Shown: positions 1 to 12,737, numbered from the stretch's first letter. The stretch: 43,820 nt of DNA from Octopus bimaculoides (GCF_001194135.2 NC_068982.1:69734322-69778141), one strand, 5' to 3'. Translations and numbers: made by a program. The notes: generated from the letters alone by a model not told the origin.

Positions 1-44
1 TATATATATATATATATATATGAAAATACTCCCCATTGAAAATA

Positions 45-792
45 CTCTCCATTGATGTTGTGGCCTTTTAAAGATCGTCAATGAACAAAATGCAACCCCA
101 AAACTGAGGCCATCACCTTCTCCATAGATGAAACGACCTCCGCCCTCTTTGGAAAAGGCGAGAAGGAGTGTTTCCACTGCATGGAGTGTATCAAGGAAAC
201 CAGCTGGATCTGACTTGAACAATGTCAAATTTTCACGTGCTGTGAACAGCCCGGTGGGTTTTTGAACAGGTCTCAGGTGTGTTACTTACCGAGCAGAAAC
301 TATCGTCATGTCAAGTTCATCACGCTCAATATTCTCAATTCTCTTACAATATATGCTAACAGCGTACCGCCAATCATCCGTAGTGAACACAACCAATGTT
401 GACACGGTTGTGGAAGTTGCAGGACGTCCGACCTTAGGTCATCTTCAAGACTCTCCGTTCCCTTCCTAAATTCAGCTACCCACTTTGCACTCTTGATAAA
501 GCTGCAATGCCAACCCCTAATGTAGTAACCATGCCAGCATGAATGTCGCTGGGGGCTAAATCTTTTTTCTGCAGGTACTTGATAACAACACGATGGCAAA
601 TATTGTCGATTTTCAAGAGAGGTTGCTACTACTTACATTTGAAGTGTTCTTTGAACATCTAGGTGTGAGTTTACCCGGAACGAAACAAAGCAGTTACTAA
701 TTAGAAGAGTTGAAATTAATACCTGCAAGATTTCGCAGCTCTAACATCACTCCTTCATAGTCAGCCTATGAACCTTTCAACTCACCCTCGTG
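45..792 (-). mobile_element. Mariner-family transposon remnant (5' TIR plus N-terminal/central transposase, internally deleted, 3' end missing)
   Basis: Minus-strand decayed frames read RVVIKYLQKK..., KWVAEFRKGTESLEDDLRS (HTH, EDxxRSGRP-like) and QWKHSFSPFPKRAEVVSSMEKVMASV..LFIDDL*KGHNIN. TIR-like CACGAGGGTGAGTTGAAAGGTTCATAGGC starts at 792. Confidence 0.85.
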
Positions 793-1417
793 TTTAGTTG
801 TTAAAAATTCTCCCTTTTTTCTTCGTGGCACTCCACTATCATATGTCTGAAAAGAGGTAAAATTTATTCAACTTTCAAAAATGACGAACAAAATTTTTAG
901 AGGAAGAGTACAACCACAAAAAGAAAAAAACAAACTTTATGAAAAGTATTTTTCGCGTTAATTCAACAACTAAAATAAATAAAAAAAAAAGTACGAAATT
1001 AACTAAGAACAGAATATAATGTAGCCAGTATACATGAAATATAAAGCTGTTGCAGATTTAATTCTTTATATTCTACACCTCAAAGTGTCATTTTCATAAA
1101 TGATCAATACCTCTTGTTTAAAGAAAACACATAAGCTTTATCGGATTAGCGTTATATTGAAGAAAACAAATTTACCTTCCCGCGCCTTAACTGATCCGCA
1201 ACATTTACATGTAATCAGCCGATAAAACCTTACTTTATACCAAATTCTTTGTGTTGTACTTATGGGATCTAATGCAAAAGAAAGCCATCCAACGGACTGG
1301 CAACAGTCCATTAATTGACACATAAGCTGTAATATCTAGTGAGCTGTATACTTATTCTGCCATTTCTATTGTCACAATTTCCTGTGTTTCTTAAATGTAT
1401 CTTATTTTCCTCCTCAG

Positions 1418-1610
1418 TTCAGATTTAAATTGACAAAAAACAACAAGACCGATTACAAAGACACCAATGTATACAATGACATTTTAAAATTATCGCCTAA
1501 TGTATTGACTAATTACGTGGAAATACAAGTGAACAGCGTGTATCCTAAATGTGATAATCGAAAAGACAAAGAAAATGTTGGCCTGAGAGAAATAGCGTTT
1601 CTTGGATTCG
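1418..1610 (+). CDS. Exon F1 (phase 0 to 1): C-terminal half of a discoidin/F5-8 type C-like (galactose-binding-like) beta-sandwich domain
   Basis: ttttcctcctcag acceptor and G|gtaaga donor; open frame FRFKLTKNNK...VLTNYVEIQVNSVYPKCDNRKDKENVGLREIAFLGF. The paralogous exon at 13266-13455 keeps both splice sites and has about 10 synonymous changes. The domain call rests on the T-x-YV-x-I-x-V-x-SVY...N-x-GL-x-EI-x-F-x-G pattern only. Confidence 0.85.
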
Positions 1611-1817
1611 GTAAGAATAGACAGTTGTTTATGTTAATGTAGTTTTATATGTCTAATTAATGTGTTAATTACTCATTATTTTCTTTCAGATCTCATTTGT
1701 GCTTACGTTTGTACGTTTATTACAAATTAAAAAATGAAAAATGGAAACATACATGTTCCCTTAATCAAAACCAAGATGAGTTTGCGTTGAAAAAATTAAT
1801 CAAACTTCCAATTTTGG

Positions 1818-1905
1818 GTAGTGGTTTTCTGATTGCAGCCCTCCCGTGAAATCCGGCTTTGTGCAGCTCCTGGCGAACAGTTTTTGTGGAAACAGAGTTT
1901 CCGAA
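1818..1905 (-). mobile_element. Tc1 transposase fragment
   Basis: NSVSTKTVRQELHKAGFHGRAAIRKPL; matches the Tc1 copies at 5861, 32040 and 37166. Confidence 0.85.
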
Positions 1906-1989
1906 AGTCGGATGCGTGGTTCGAGTCCTGTGGTGGGTTAGAGGAGTAAAGTTAGGCAAGTCGATATACAAAAGATATTAAATACATTT

Positions 1990-4800
1990 AATACAAAAAA
2001 TGTACATATGTTTACGTATAAAAAGGTCCGAATTACACAGAATGGAAATTATATCAGGAATTAAAGGGGTTGAATAAGAGTTTTATGTGTCCAACAGCTG
2101 TTTTGGAGGGCTTGGTAATCCAAAATAATGATTGTAAATTGATTCCATTATCGGATAATACAGCCTCCGTCCTCAAGGAAGAATTCTACATTTGAGGTGT
2201 TGACAGAATGGAGTTTAAAGATGGAATGATTTTGTGGAGAACTAAGTGTATTAGAAAGGGGAGTTGGGGGTATTTAGACAGAGTAGTGAGAGAAGAAAAT
2301 AAATTTCAGGGTTAGGATTAATAATTAGGTTAGTGATAGTAATAGAGGTGGAAAGTGAGAGGAAGAGGGAAGGTTGTTTTAGGTAGTATGTGAATGGTGA
2401 CGTTTGTGTTTATTTGTATGAGGGCTATCGAGTTAAAGGTTGAGATAATGAAAATGGGGATGGCTATTATTTGAAAGTTGACTGGTTTAGTGGTTGAGGG
2501 AGATTAGTAAGGTGTGTAAAGAGGAATGAGAGATGGAGGGGGATAGAGTGGGGATGAGAAGGTGGTCAAAAAGTGATTATTTGTGGGACAAAGGAATTTG
2601 GTTGGTATTGAAGGTGGGGTGTTATAGTAAAGAGAAGTGTATGAAATTGAATAGAGGGGTGTGAATATGGAGGGGGCAGATGTAGATTGGTTAGTTTTCG
2701 AAGGAGTGAGGTACCGTCAAGTAGTTTTTTAAACTGGGGAGGGTGGAGAGGTTAAGAGGGAAGTGGGAAGTAGTTGATTTGAAGAATTTGGAAGTAATTG
2801 GAAATGTGTGTATGAGAAAGACTAAGAGTGGAGGAGTAGTATTTTTTTAAGTAGTAGGTTGTTAGGATGACTTTGTTTTAATTTAAGGTTTTTTGGATAT
2901 GGAAACTTATCTTGGGATTACAAAGAATTAGCGAAGTGCGTGAAAGATGACTAGTAGTACTTGTGTTTGCAAGAATAAATAACCTCTGAGAATCTATTAA
3001 ATAATGAGGAGTTATGAAGGCGAAGAATGGTTAATGATTCTTTTAGACATAAATTTCACTTGCCGATGTTTGCATTGTACGAGGGAACTTCGCTTACTAT
3101 GGACCAGGATAGGGTGTATGGAATATTTTGAGATTTAAAGTTGCGTATATACGTTGCTAAGGAGGTTGATAATTTAGAATTTGGATTGGAGAAAGAGTTC
3201 ATGTGTGCACGGTAGCAGCGCTTGAAATCTACGGTGCCGCCGATATATGTCTTTGTTTGGTGGGAGCGTGGTGTTATAACACGGCACTTGTAGATTACAT
3301 TTTTGCGTAGACGGGAGACTGCAAGAGGGCATAATTGAGAGACGCGACGATTTCAAGTTTTCCTACCGGTTCCATGGTTGGGGTTTACTGCTAGTGAGGT
3401 TGAGCTTCGTTGGTTCATCGTTAGTGGGGGAGAACCTGAAGTGTAATCTGTATTTGTATTAGATTGGGAAATGGTATTGCAGCTAATATTTGTCGTTGCG
3501 TGGGTAGGATTGTGGGATGATGGCTTGAGTCTGGTATAATTTAATTGAGTGGGGTTACTAAGGGTTGTGTTGTTGCTACTATGTGGGCTTACTTGGGGTG
3601 CAGTGTGAGAGTTTAGATGTTCAGAGGACTGGTGTTGGAGTTTGTGTTTGTTCGAGGAGGCGATTATGAATCCAAAATTTGGTGTGGCAGAGTAGGAGAT
3701 TTTCACGGATGATTTGTTAAATATGGGATAGTATTTATGCTGTGATGGAAAGTTAGATTTCAAGATGTTAAAGAAGAGTTTAAGTAGATATTTAAGTTGG
3801 AGAGAGAAAGGTAGTGCGAACCATAAAATTTCCCGTACCTGGCTTTAGAATGTTTAGAGTATATGGCTGAAGTGAGTTGATCAGGAAGGGGTGCTTATAG
3901 TTGTTATAGGCTCGGGTGGCCAGTAGGGCTGCCGGGTGTGATATGTAAGGGTTTTTTAGAGTTGTTGGATTGGTGTAGAGTGAAAGTAATGTCCGTAGAT
4001 TCAAGGTTAGTATTGGGAAAGAGATCTGTTATTTTAGTTTTAAGTTTAGTGCTGGGGTATGATAGTTTTTTCTCGTGGAAGTCGCTTATTTGGTTAAAAA
4101 TTTCTTAGTAGGCAGATAAGTTAGAGATTCAGATAGCTATGACTGTGACTACGCTATTAAAAGTAAGTTTAGGGTGATTAAAGAGGACATTTATATATTG
4201 TAAAGATTGATTGGGTTTATGAAAAGGGTGATATAGATTTGTGTTTAAGTCGAAAGTAACGTCTAAGAAAGTAGTCCCCTTAGTGTCAATTTCGAATGAA
4301 ATTCTCAGGTTATAGTTTTCAAAAAATTTGTGTGGGATTTTCTTGGTGCATTTCACTAACGGTCGAGATGATCCAGTTGATGAAAGGAGTGCATCGTCCC
4401 TGTATAATCCACTGGAGAGGTTGGGGAAGTATTGTTTAATTTGGGAGAGAAGGAATAGGTCAATTAGGTCATGCACCCATGGTTATATCGAAGAAATCCG
4501 TAGATGAGTTTCAGGTTCAATTATTATCCTTAAAATGAATCAGAATCTTCTTTGTAGCCAGGATGATATTGATGTCCGATTCAGAGATGGGACCATATTT
4601 TCGGGTGAAGATTAAGGCCTTATTTAAGAGAATTGGTGGTATAGATGAATAATAATTTGAGATGTCAAAGTGAAGGAAATGATTGTGTTGCTTATCATGA
4701 AGAGAGTGAAACCAAATGATGACATCTCCTGTGCAATTTCAGAGCGGAAGCTTAACGTTAATCCTAACAAGGGGTAGAATACGGTCAATAATGCATATAT
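1990..4800 (-). mobile_element. Penelope-like retroelement, 5'-truncated and decayed (RT, linker, GIY-YIG, CT-rich 3' region)
   Basis: DVIIWFHSL..FLHFDISNYYSSIP..LLNKAL..FFDITMG, YRDD, FLDVTFDLNTNLYHPFHKPN..YINV..NHP (4130-4760). GIY-YIG-like YKCRV...KTYIGGT..FKR.YRAH at about 3200-3300. Confidence 0.9.
2093..2178 (-). ncRNA. Decayed minimal hammerhead ribozyme near the 3' end of the Penelope-like element
   Basis: Minus strand: TTGAGGA-C-GGAGGCT...AGCCCTCC-AAAAC-AGCT-GTT. Two core mutations (C3, G12); helix III is capped by the palindrome AGCT. Confidence 0.55.
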
Positions 4801-4970
4801 TAATTCGACCTAAGTCGGATTTAGTGGCACAAATTAACACAAAAGTTATGATTCAGATATTACCTTAGCCCCCCTTCCCTCTTCCTCCCACCTTCCAACT
4901 CAGACAACATGACTGAAACAAGTAAAATTATAAAAGAGTAAAAGAAAAAAAGAATATATATATGCATGTA

Positions 4971-4997
4971 TACACACACACAGACATACACACACAG

Positions 4998-5076
<79 letters not shown>
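4971..5076 (+). repeat. (CA)n microsatellite
   Basis: Directly visible. Confidence 0.98.
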
Positions 5077-5080
<4 letters not shown>

Positions 5081-5087
5081 CAGTATC

Positions 5088-5285
5088 ATATATCCATCAC
5101 GGCTGATCTTACCAATCGGTTTCGCGCTAGGAATACAACGGAGTGATAGGTAACAATCCGATTATATAACCTTACGCTCATCAGGCGATATGGAAAGGAA
5201 TGTGGTGACTGCACTCTATTATCGGAAGTGAATGGACACATCCAGTTTGCGGTTCCTGTGTAAAAGATGGTGAAACGAAAATGAG
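5088..5285 (-). mobile_element. Dispersed hammerhead-bearing repeat, copy A (pLTR/retrozyme-like)
   Basis: Inverted homologue of about 26955-27162 by eye alignment. Confidence 0.75.
5094..5193 (-). ncRNA. Type I hammerhead ribozyme motif, copy A
   Basis: CTGATGA-GCGTAAGG...CCTAGCGC-GAAA-CC-GATT-GG-TA: intact catalytic core and GUA cleavage triplet. Helix I is shortened relative to copy B. Confidence 0.75.
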
Positions 5286-5588
5286 CAAGGGATTAGATTA
5301 GGAGTTATGTCCCTTGGTTGGATCCGCTGTAAAGCCGGTAAGAGTTATCTTGAAGTGTTTGTGGGAAATGTGTGCATTATTAAGTGTGGTACTCCTGTGG
5401 AGATGAGATATATATTTATTGCCGTAATGAACCAACTCTCTGTTTAAATGCTATGAGATCCCCTTTTCTTTGATTTCTTTCGGAGTAATATTTAAGTGAT
5501 GGCCCTGCAAGGGGACATACATTATGTAAACATATCAATCGTTTCAGCAAACATATTGATAATATTTAAAGATATTGATTCATTTTAG

Positions 5589-5714
5589 CTCCATCAAAAT
5601 GCTTTATAAACCAAAGTGCAATTGAGAATTCTGTGAACGACATACTAATTAATTGTACAGGGGAAAAAGGAATTCTAAGACAGATGAAGAATGGAGATGT
5701 AAAATTCAATTTGT
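5589..5714 (+). CDS. Exon A1 (phase 1 to 1): Cys-containing linker
   Basis: cattttag acceptor and T|gtaagt donor; 126 bp, open: APSKCFINQSAIENSVNDILINCTGEKGILRQMKNGDVKFNL(C). Duplicate at 16322-16447 has the same length and sites. Confidence 0.85.
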
Positions 5715-5860
5715 GTAAGTAAAATGTATCGATATCTTAAAGTTGACTATATATTGATAAAGTAGATGTGGGAAAATGCTTAGAACGGGAGAAAAATATG
5801 GCGTATACCACACATATGCATACAGATAACTGCACAAGCGCACCCTTTCGCATACACATA

Positions 5861-7031
5861 CAGGGGTTGGACAAAATAATGGAAACACCATAGCATCATC
5901 ATTTTGAAATATCTATAAAACCGCCAAATGCTTGATTATTTTTATGTTTTCAAAGAGGTCAAATAATTGGTGCTCGTAAGGCAGGTGCTAGCGTAACGAA
6001 AACAGCCGAAATGTTTGATGTATCAAGAAGTACTGTCACGAAAGTAATGACAGCCTTTGAGAAAGAGGGAAAAACCTCCTCGTCGAAACAAAACTTCGGA
6101 AGAAAACCAAAACTTTGAGACAGGGACCGTCGGACTCTTACGCGAATTGTTAGAAAAGATCACAAAAGTACAATTCCCAAAATTACTGCAGAGCTTAATG
6201 ACCACCTCGAGAACTCAGTTTCCACAAAAACTCTTCGCCGGGAGCTGCACAAAGCCGAATTTTACGTGAGGGCTGCAANNNNNNNNNNNNNNNNNNNNNN
6301 NNNNNNNNNNNNNNNNNNNNNNNNNNNNNNNNNNNNNNNNNNNNNNNNNNNNNNNNNNNNNNNNNNNNNNNNNNNNNNNNNNNNNNNNNNNNNNNNNNNN
6401 NNNNNNNNNNNNNNNNNNNNNNNNNNNNNNNNNNNNNNNNNNNNNNNNNNNNNNNNNNNNNNNNNNNNNNNNNNNNNNNNNNNNNNNNNNNNNNNNNNNN
6501 NNNNNNNNNNNNNNNNNNNNNNNNNNNNNNNNGGGGGGGGGGCTATATCTTGGAAATCCGCCGGGCCCAATGGTTTCCCTTCATGGCAGAATTAATAGTC
6601 AAGACGATTTAAGCATTTTATCTGATGAAATTCATCCTATGATTGCGGAATTGTTTCCGGAGGGAAATGCAATCTTTCAGGCTAATAATGCACCAATTCA
6701 CACAGCTAAAGTTGTTACTGAATGGCCTGAGGAACATTCTAGTGAACTTGAACATCTTATCTGGCCACCAGATCTCAATATTATTGAATATATAAGGTGC
6801 ATTTTAGAAAAACAAGTAAGGAGTCGATATCCTCCACCATCATCACTACAAGAAGTGGAGACTGTTTTAGCTGAAGAATGGACTAAATTCCTTTGGAAAC
6901 AATTCAAACTTTGTACGAGTCCATAACTGGTAGAATTCAAGCTGTAGTTACTGCCAAAGGCGACCCTACTCTATATTAAAATAAATTTGTTTGAAATTTA
7001 AAGATGTTTCCATTATTTTGTCCAACCCCTT
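5861..7031 (+). mobile_element. Full-length Tc1-family transposon (decayed, central assembly gap)
   Basis: TA-CAGGGGTTGGACAAAATAATGGAAACACC ... GATGTTTCCATTATTTTGTCCAACCCCTT-TA termini. Transposase pieces GAISWKSAGP, IFQANNAPIH, DLNIIE; frameshifts present. Confidence 0.95.
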
Positions 7032-7875
7032 TATATAAATGTTAAAAGTAATCTTTGAACAATGCAAGTTAAGAAATAGACAAAATTTATAAGTGATGTC
7101 AATGATGAAAACAAAAATAAAAGAAATTGTCTTACTCAGTATAGCTTGCTTAATAATCCCCAAATATTTCTGATAAGATTCTCAAAAGGTATTGCAATAT
7201 CCTTTTGCGTTGCCGGCAACTCCTTACATATTTTGCCTCAAATCTAACCCGCATTACTGAAAGGATTTTCAAAAACCCCATTTAACGCACTGTAACGCTT
7301 CATTCAATTTATAACACAAACATATATATAAATGCGTACATAATATATACATACATAGATACACACACATGCACACAGATGCACAGACAACATACTCATA
7401 CATATATATATATTATAAATTTACACACACACACACACATATATATCATTATATATATCATTGCATATGCGTATACAAGTAAAGAAAATTACGTATAACT
7501 GACATTCTTTTTCCAGATATAATCTGCTTGTATTTTTTTCCTTTGACAACGCAGACCACCACTACTTGTCTCCAATTCTAAGTTTTTCTTTCCCTAAAAT
7601 AAAACAGATTGTACAAGATTTCTTATTTGCTAATGAATATTTTGACGAGAAATTCAACTTGCATTTTAGGAGCTTACTTAAAAAATTCTGTTATATCTGA
7701 CCTTTAATTCTCAAGATAGGAAACATTTATGCATATATAGTCAAACTTGTAAGATATTTATGTTAATTATAATGAACTGTTCTGATTTGTTATATGATTG
7801 TGTTACTATGTAACTACGAATACACAAACCTTAAAAAAAACCTTGTGTTCTATTTTACTACTTTTTGAATACCAG

Positions 7876-7953
7876 GTGACCAACCAGCGGAAATGGAAAC
7901 AACAACTGATCAATTGAGCACAACCGAAAGTTATAATGTTCCTGCAATATCTA
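7876..7953 (+). CDS. Exon B1 (phase 1 to 1): Thr/Ser-rich stalk
   Basis: ttttgaataccag acceptor and A|gtatgt donor; DQPAEMETTTDQLSTTESYNVPAIS. Duplicate at 20133-20210. Confidence 0.8.
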
Positions 7954-8721
7954 GTATGTATTGCTTGTCTTTTACTTAACGTTGATTTCAAATATAGATA
8001 GATCAGATGTTGCAGGAGCAGAAATACGGATATTGATTTATCAATACTCTAGGTAAGTGCACGATTTCTTGTTCTGCACCATAAATCAGTAGATATTTAT
8101 TTTACAGAACAAAAATAGTCTGCACGAAACCGGAGTATTGATAAATTCACTCCACTGCCTATCTGTTTTCTGCAAGTATCAACTTGCAGCAATTTAAGCG
8201 GAATAATAACGGTATATATATATATCAAAGGTCTCGGAGACATCTGTGAAGGCCGATGTCGCTGTCCCTTCATCCACAGCCAGTAAATTAAAAAAAGTAT
8301 AAAAGTATCTACTAACGTGATCTATGAAAATACATTCAGGAAATATTTTAATGTTCATTTTGATGCGGAAATCTTGAAATTGCTTAATTTCGTTAAAAAA
8401 ATTTATGATGAACTAGATATCTGATTTAAGTTATAGAAAAATTACGATTAGCGTTAGTTACGATATAATAAATACCAAACACAACTTGTCATTTTGATTT
8501 CTTCTCTCTCTGACTGTTTCCACCTTTCCACCATTAACATTGGTTAACTCACTGTTTTACCGTCTTCCTCTCCGCCTACAACAGATATCTGCGATGAAAA
8601 TGAGATTAATTTCCTTCGGACACACACTGTGACAATGGGATTAATATTATAGATTGGCATGAGATGGACAACGATTTCTTTGTTGAACACCCAAGCAGTC
8701 TCTTATAGTAATATTACAGAG

Positions 8722-8866
8722 TGGAATAAGTACTTCTTACGTTCTGATCGACTTTGCCTTTCATTCTTTCTGGGTCGATAAAATAAGTACCAGTTGAACG
8801 CTGGGGTCGATGTAATCGACTTACCCCTTTCCCGAGACTGCTTGTCTTGTACCAAAGTTTGAAATC
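8722..8866 (+). mobile_element. SINE (core plus tail type A), specific to gene module 2
   Basis: GACTTTGCCTTTCATTCTTTCTGGGTCGATAAAATAAGTACCAG core. Flanked by aatattacagag / aatattatagag TSD-like repeats and absent from the homologous intron at about 20815. Confidence 0.85.
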
Positions 8867-9642
8867 AATATTATAGAGCGGAGGTGGTGACCTGTCGGGA
8901 CATGTTTTTCTTAAAACTAAGACAGCATATTCTACACATGAGTATAATAAGAATGTGCTTTCCTCACAACGTGAAAAACAAAAACGATTGCAACAGCAGC
9001 AGCAACAACAATGTCATAAAATGAATATAAATATATTTCTCGAAATATTTCACGGATCACACTAGAAAACAGAAATCCTATATATTTCTGTGAAAAGAAA
9101 ACAAAAGACAAACAAACCAAAAAAACAATTACAATATAGATCGATGGTCTTGTAGAAAAAGGGAAAATGACACGTTTTAGCGATATAATTGACATATAAT
9201 CGATGTGTGTGTGTGGGTGTTTATATATATATATATNNNNNNNNNNNNNNNNNNNNNNNNNNNNNNNNNNNNNNNNNNNNNNNNNNNNNNNNNNNNNNNN
9301 NNNNNNNNNNNNNNNNNNNNNNNNNNNNNNNNNNNNNNNNNNNNNNNNNNNNNNNNNNNNNNNNNNNNNNNNNNNNNNNNNNNNNNNNNNNNNNNNNNNN
9401 NNNNNNNNNNNNNNNNNNNNNNNNNNNNNNNNNNNNNNNNNNNNNNNNNNNNNNNNNNNNNNNNNNNNNNNNNNNNNNNNNNNNNNNNNNNNNNNNNNNN
9501 NNNNNNNNNNNNNNNNNNNNNNNNNNNNNNNNNNNNNNNNNNNNNNNNNNNNNNNNNNNNNNNNNNNNNNNNNNNNNNNNNNNNNNNNNNNNNNNNNNNN
9601 NNNNNNNNNNNNNNNNNNNNNNNNNNNNNNNNNNNNNNNNNN

Positions 9643-9688
<46 letters not shown>

Positions 9689-11299
9689 GTGGTGTCAATT
9701 AGACCGAGAGGTTTCAGGTAATGCTGAGTAAGTGCTATGGATAGACCATAGTTAAGCTCCAAGTTCGCATAATCACCGACTCCTTATTCGTATATGTATG
9801 TATATATACATTCTGGCGTTAGCAAAAATTTTTGAGAACATATTCTCCGTGGTAAAGCAATTTGGCGTCTTCTTCTAGCATATTAGGAATCCACCTTGGT
9901 GGCTATTCCTCTTATTTTTATATGTTATATATGTATATTACCGACCACACATACTTATCAACCGATAAGTATGAATCGAGCCGGGGAGTGGGTGGGCTGG
10001 AATTGTCCCCTAAGAGCTATACCACAGCGAATAATAGATACTGGGACGATGTGCTTTGCAGACGACACAAATTGAAAATCATTTTCATATTTCTTAATCA
10101 GAATATTTATCTCACTAAGTATAATTTTTTTATATACACATACACATAGAAAACACACACATACTTATATACACGTGAAAAGATTCAGTTATATATTGAT
10201 ATAAATACAGAGGTTGGCATAAGAAGCTATATAGTGGTTGGAATGGTAATGTTTTGTTTGGTAAGAATATAGAAATGCTACATAAATTTTTGGAGAAAAC
10301 ATTTCGAACATTTATGTATTGTGGCACGACTTACGCTGACAGTTTACTGATTTCTGCTATTTACACGTGTTTTTTGTTTTTGCTTTTTCATAAATTCCGT
10401 ATTTAATGTCAGATAAGACCCACTTTTTTTCACAAAAAATCCGTCTCAAAAAAATGAATAAAAACCAACATGCTCCAGCATGCGTAGTCGAGCCGATTTT
10501 TATATGTTTTAATACAGTCAAAACTTATGTTTCTGAATAAGAGCTGCAGATATTGGGGTTTGTTTAATATGCCCATGCATTTTTATGCCATCAAATACGG
10601 TACATAGGCTGTTAATGAATTATCTTCCAATANNNNNNNNNNNNNNNNNNNNNNNNNNNNNNNNNNNNNNNNNNNNNNNNNNNNNNNNNNNNNNNNNNNN
10701 NNNNNNNNNNNNNNNNNNNNNNNNNNNNNNNNNNNNNNNNNNNNNNNNNNNNNNNNNNNNNNNNNNNNNNNNNNNNNNNNNNNNNNNNNNNNNNNNNNNN
10801 NNNNNNNNNNNNNNNNNNNNNNNNNNNNNNNNNNNNNNNNNNNNNNNNNNNNNNNNNNNNNNNNNNNNNNNNNNNNNNNNNNNNNNNNNNNNNNNNNNNN
10901 NNNNNNNNNNNNNNNNNNNNNNNNNNNNNNNNNNNNNNNNNNNNNNNNNNNNNNNNNNNNNNNNNNNNNNNNNNNNNNNNNNNNNNNNNNNNNNNNNNNN
11001 NNNNNNNNNNNNNNNNNNNNNNNNNNNNNNNNNNNNNNNNNNNNNNNNNNNNNNNNNNNNNNNNNNNNNNNNNNNNNNNNNNNNNNNNNNNNNNNNNNNN
11101 NNNNNNNNNNNNNNNNNNNNNNNNNNNNNNNNNNNNNNNNNNNNNNNNNNNNNNNNNNNNNNNNNNNNNNNNNNNNNNNNNNNNNNNNNNNNNNNNNNNN
11201 NNNNNNNNNNNNNNNNNNNNNNNNNNNNNNNNNNNNNNNNNATTTATGTATGTATGTATGTATGTATAACCCTTCCTGCTTATCGATATTTTTGACCAG

Positions 11300-11431
11300 C
11301 AAAATGTCCACAACTCAATAATTCTATACTGTCCATGGAGTTGGAATCTTGTAAAAGTCTGTATTTCCAAACTGACGATGTGAAAAAACTTAAATGTGAC
11401 GGAAACAGATTCGACGGAGAATATTTAAAAG
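11300..11431 (+). CDS. Exon D (phase 1 to 1): Cys-containing extracellular segment
   Basis: tttttgaccag acceptor and AAAG|gtaagt donor; 132 bp, open: KCPQLNNSILSMELESCKSLYFQTDDVKKLKCDGNRFDGEYLKG. No second copy in the window to confirm it. Confidence 0.7.
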
Positions 11432-12403
11432 GTAAGTTAACTTTTATCATAATTCATTTAATGTCATCCCCTCGGCAATATCGTGGTGAATAGGTAGTAA
11501 TAATTGAGATAAAACCATGTACATTCGTAACTCTTAACAAAAATAAGAGCAAAAGAATAACCTAAGAATATTGAGCATCCACAAGTAATGCAACGGAAAC
11601 GTTATAGATATGAAAAATAATCAATCCAAACTAATTCTATAGATTTGTACAGAATGTTTTTTTTTTAATCTCTTTCCTGCAAAGTAAAAAAATATATAAG
11701 CCTACAGTTATATGTTTGAAAGTTATTTCCTTTTATCAACGTTGTTACTATTATTGAGAAATTCTTAGTCACTATATTTCCATTAAGAAATTATATTAAT
11801 GTATTTTTTTACAATAATAATTCAAATTATTCTTTCATATTTCTTTANNNNNNNNNNNNNNNNNNNNNNNNNNNNNNNNNNNNNNNNNNNNNNNNNNNNN
11901 NNNNNNNNNNNNNNNNNNNNNNNNNNNNNNNNNNNNNNNNNNNNNNNNNNNNNNNNNNNNNNNNNNNNNNNNNNNNNNNNNNNNNNNNNNNNNNNNNNNN
12001 NNNNNNNNNNNNNNNNNNNNNNNNNNNNNNNNNNNNNNNNNNNNNNNNNNNNNNNNNNNNNNNNNNNNNNNNNNNNNNNNNNNNNNNNNNNNNNNNNNNN
12101 NNNNNNNNNNNNNNNNNNNNNNNNNNNNNNNNNNNNNNNNNNNNNNNNNNNNNNNNNNNNNNNNNNNNNNNNNNNNNNNNNNNNNNNNNNNNNNNNNNNN
12201 NNNNNNNNNNNNNNNNNNNNNNNNNNNNNNNNNNNNNNNNNNNNNNNNNNNNNNNNNNNNNNNNNNNNNNNNNNNNNNNNNNNNNNNNNNNNNNNNNNNN
12301 NNNNNNNNNNNNNNNNNNNNNNNNNNNNNNNNNTATATATATATATATATATATATACAGACACACAGAAACAGACACACACACACACACACACACACAT
12401 ATA

Positions 12404-12737
12404 TTTTTATATACAAAAAATACAAAAATGGGACAAGAACGCAAAACATCTAGACAGTTAGGTGATAGAAAAAAGGGACAACAAAACATCCAGATAGACG
12501 ATGCAAAGAAAACAAGGACGGGTCATTCGGAGTTTTCTATCCTCAGTCGAGTTCCAGATTATCTTTGCAATTTCGACTGGTTATACTCGAGATTGCTCAA
12601 CTGAGGATAGAAAACTCCGAATGACCTGTTCTTGTTTTCTTTGTATCGCCTGTCTGGATGTTTTGTTGTCCCTCTTTGTATCACTTGTCTGGATGTTTTG
12701 CGTTCTTGTCCCATTGTATGTTTTATATATAAAAAAA
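12404..12737. mobile_element. Foldback/MITE element with ~145-bp inverted arms
   Basis: Left arm ...AATGGGACAAGAACGCAAAACATC...GGTCATTCGGAGTTTTCTATCCTCAG (to 12551) is the reverse complement of the right arm (12596-12737); 44-bp spacer. Confidence 0.9.

Noticed and set aside
1056-1210. Possible missing phase 1-to-0 exon upstream of F1 (..KTHKLYRISVIL..QHLH)
   Set aside because: Length and phase fit, but there is an in-frame TAA at 1097, a weak donor and no second copy to confirm it.
1691-1730. Strong acceptor tttctttcag followed by DLICAYVCTFITN*
   Set aside because: Could be an alternative terminal micro-exon, but it has no counterpart after F2, and F1 splices in phase to A1.
8585-8708. 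Acceptor followed by DICDENEINF...
   Set aside because: Early stop, needs a frameshift, and is absent from module 3.
9862-10149. ORF with RYWDDVLC resembling a C-type lectin end
   Set aside because: No other CTLD cysteines or motifs and no convincing splice sites.
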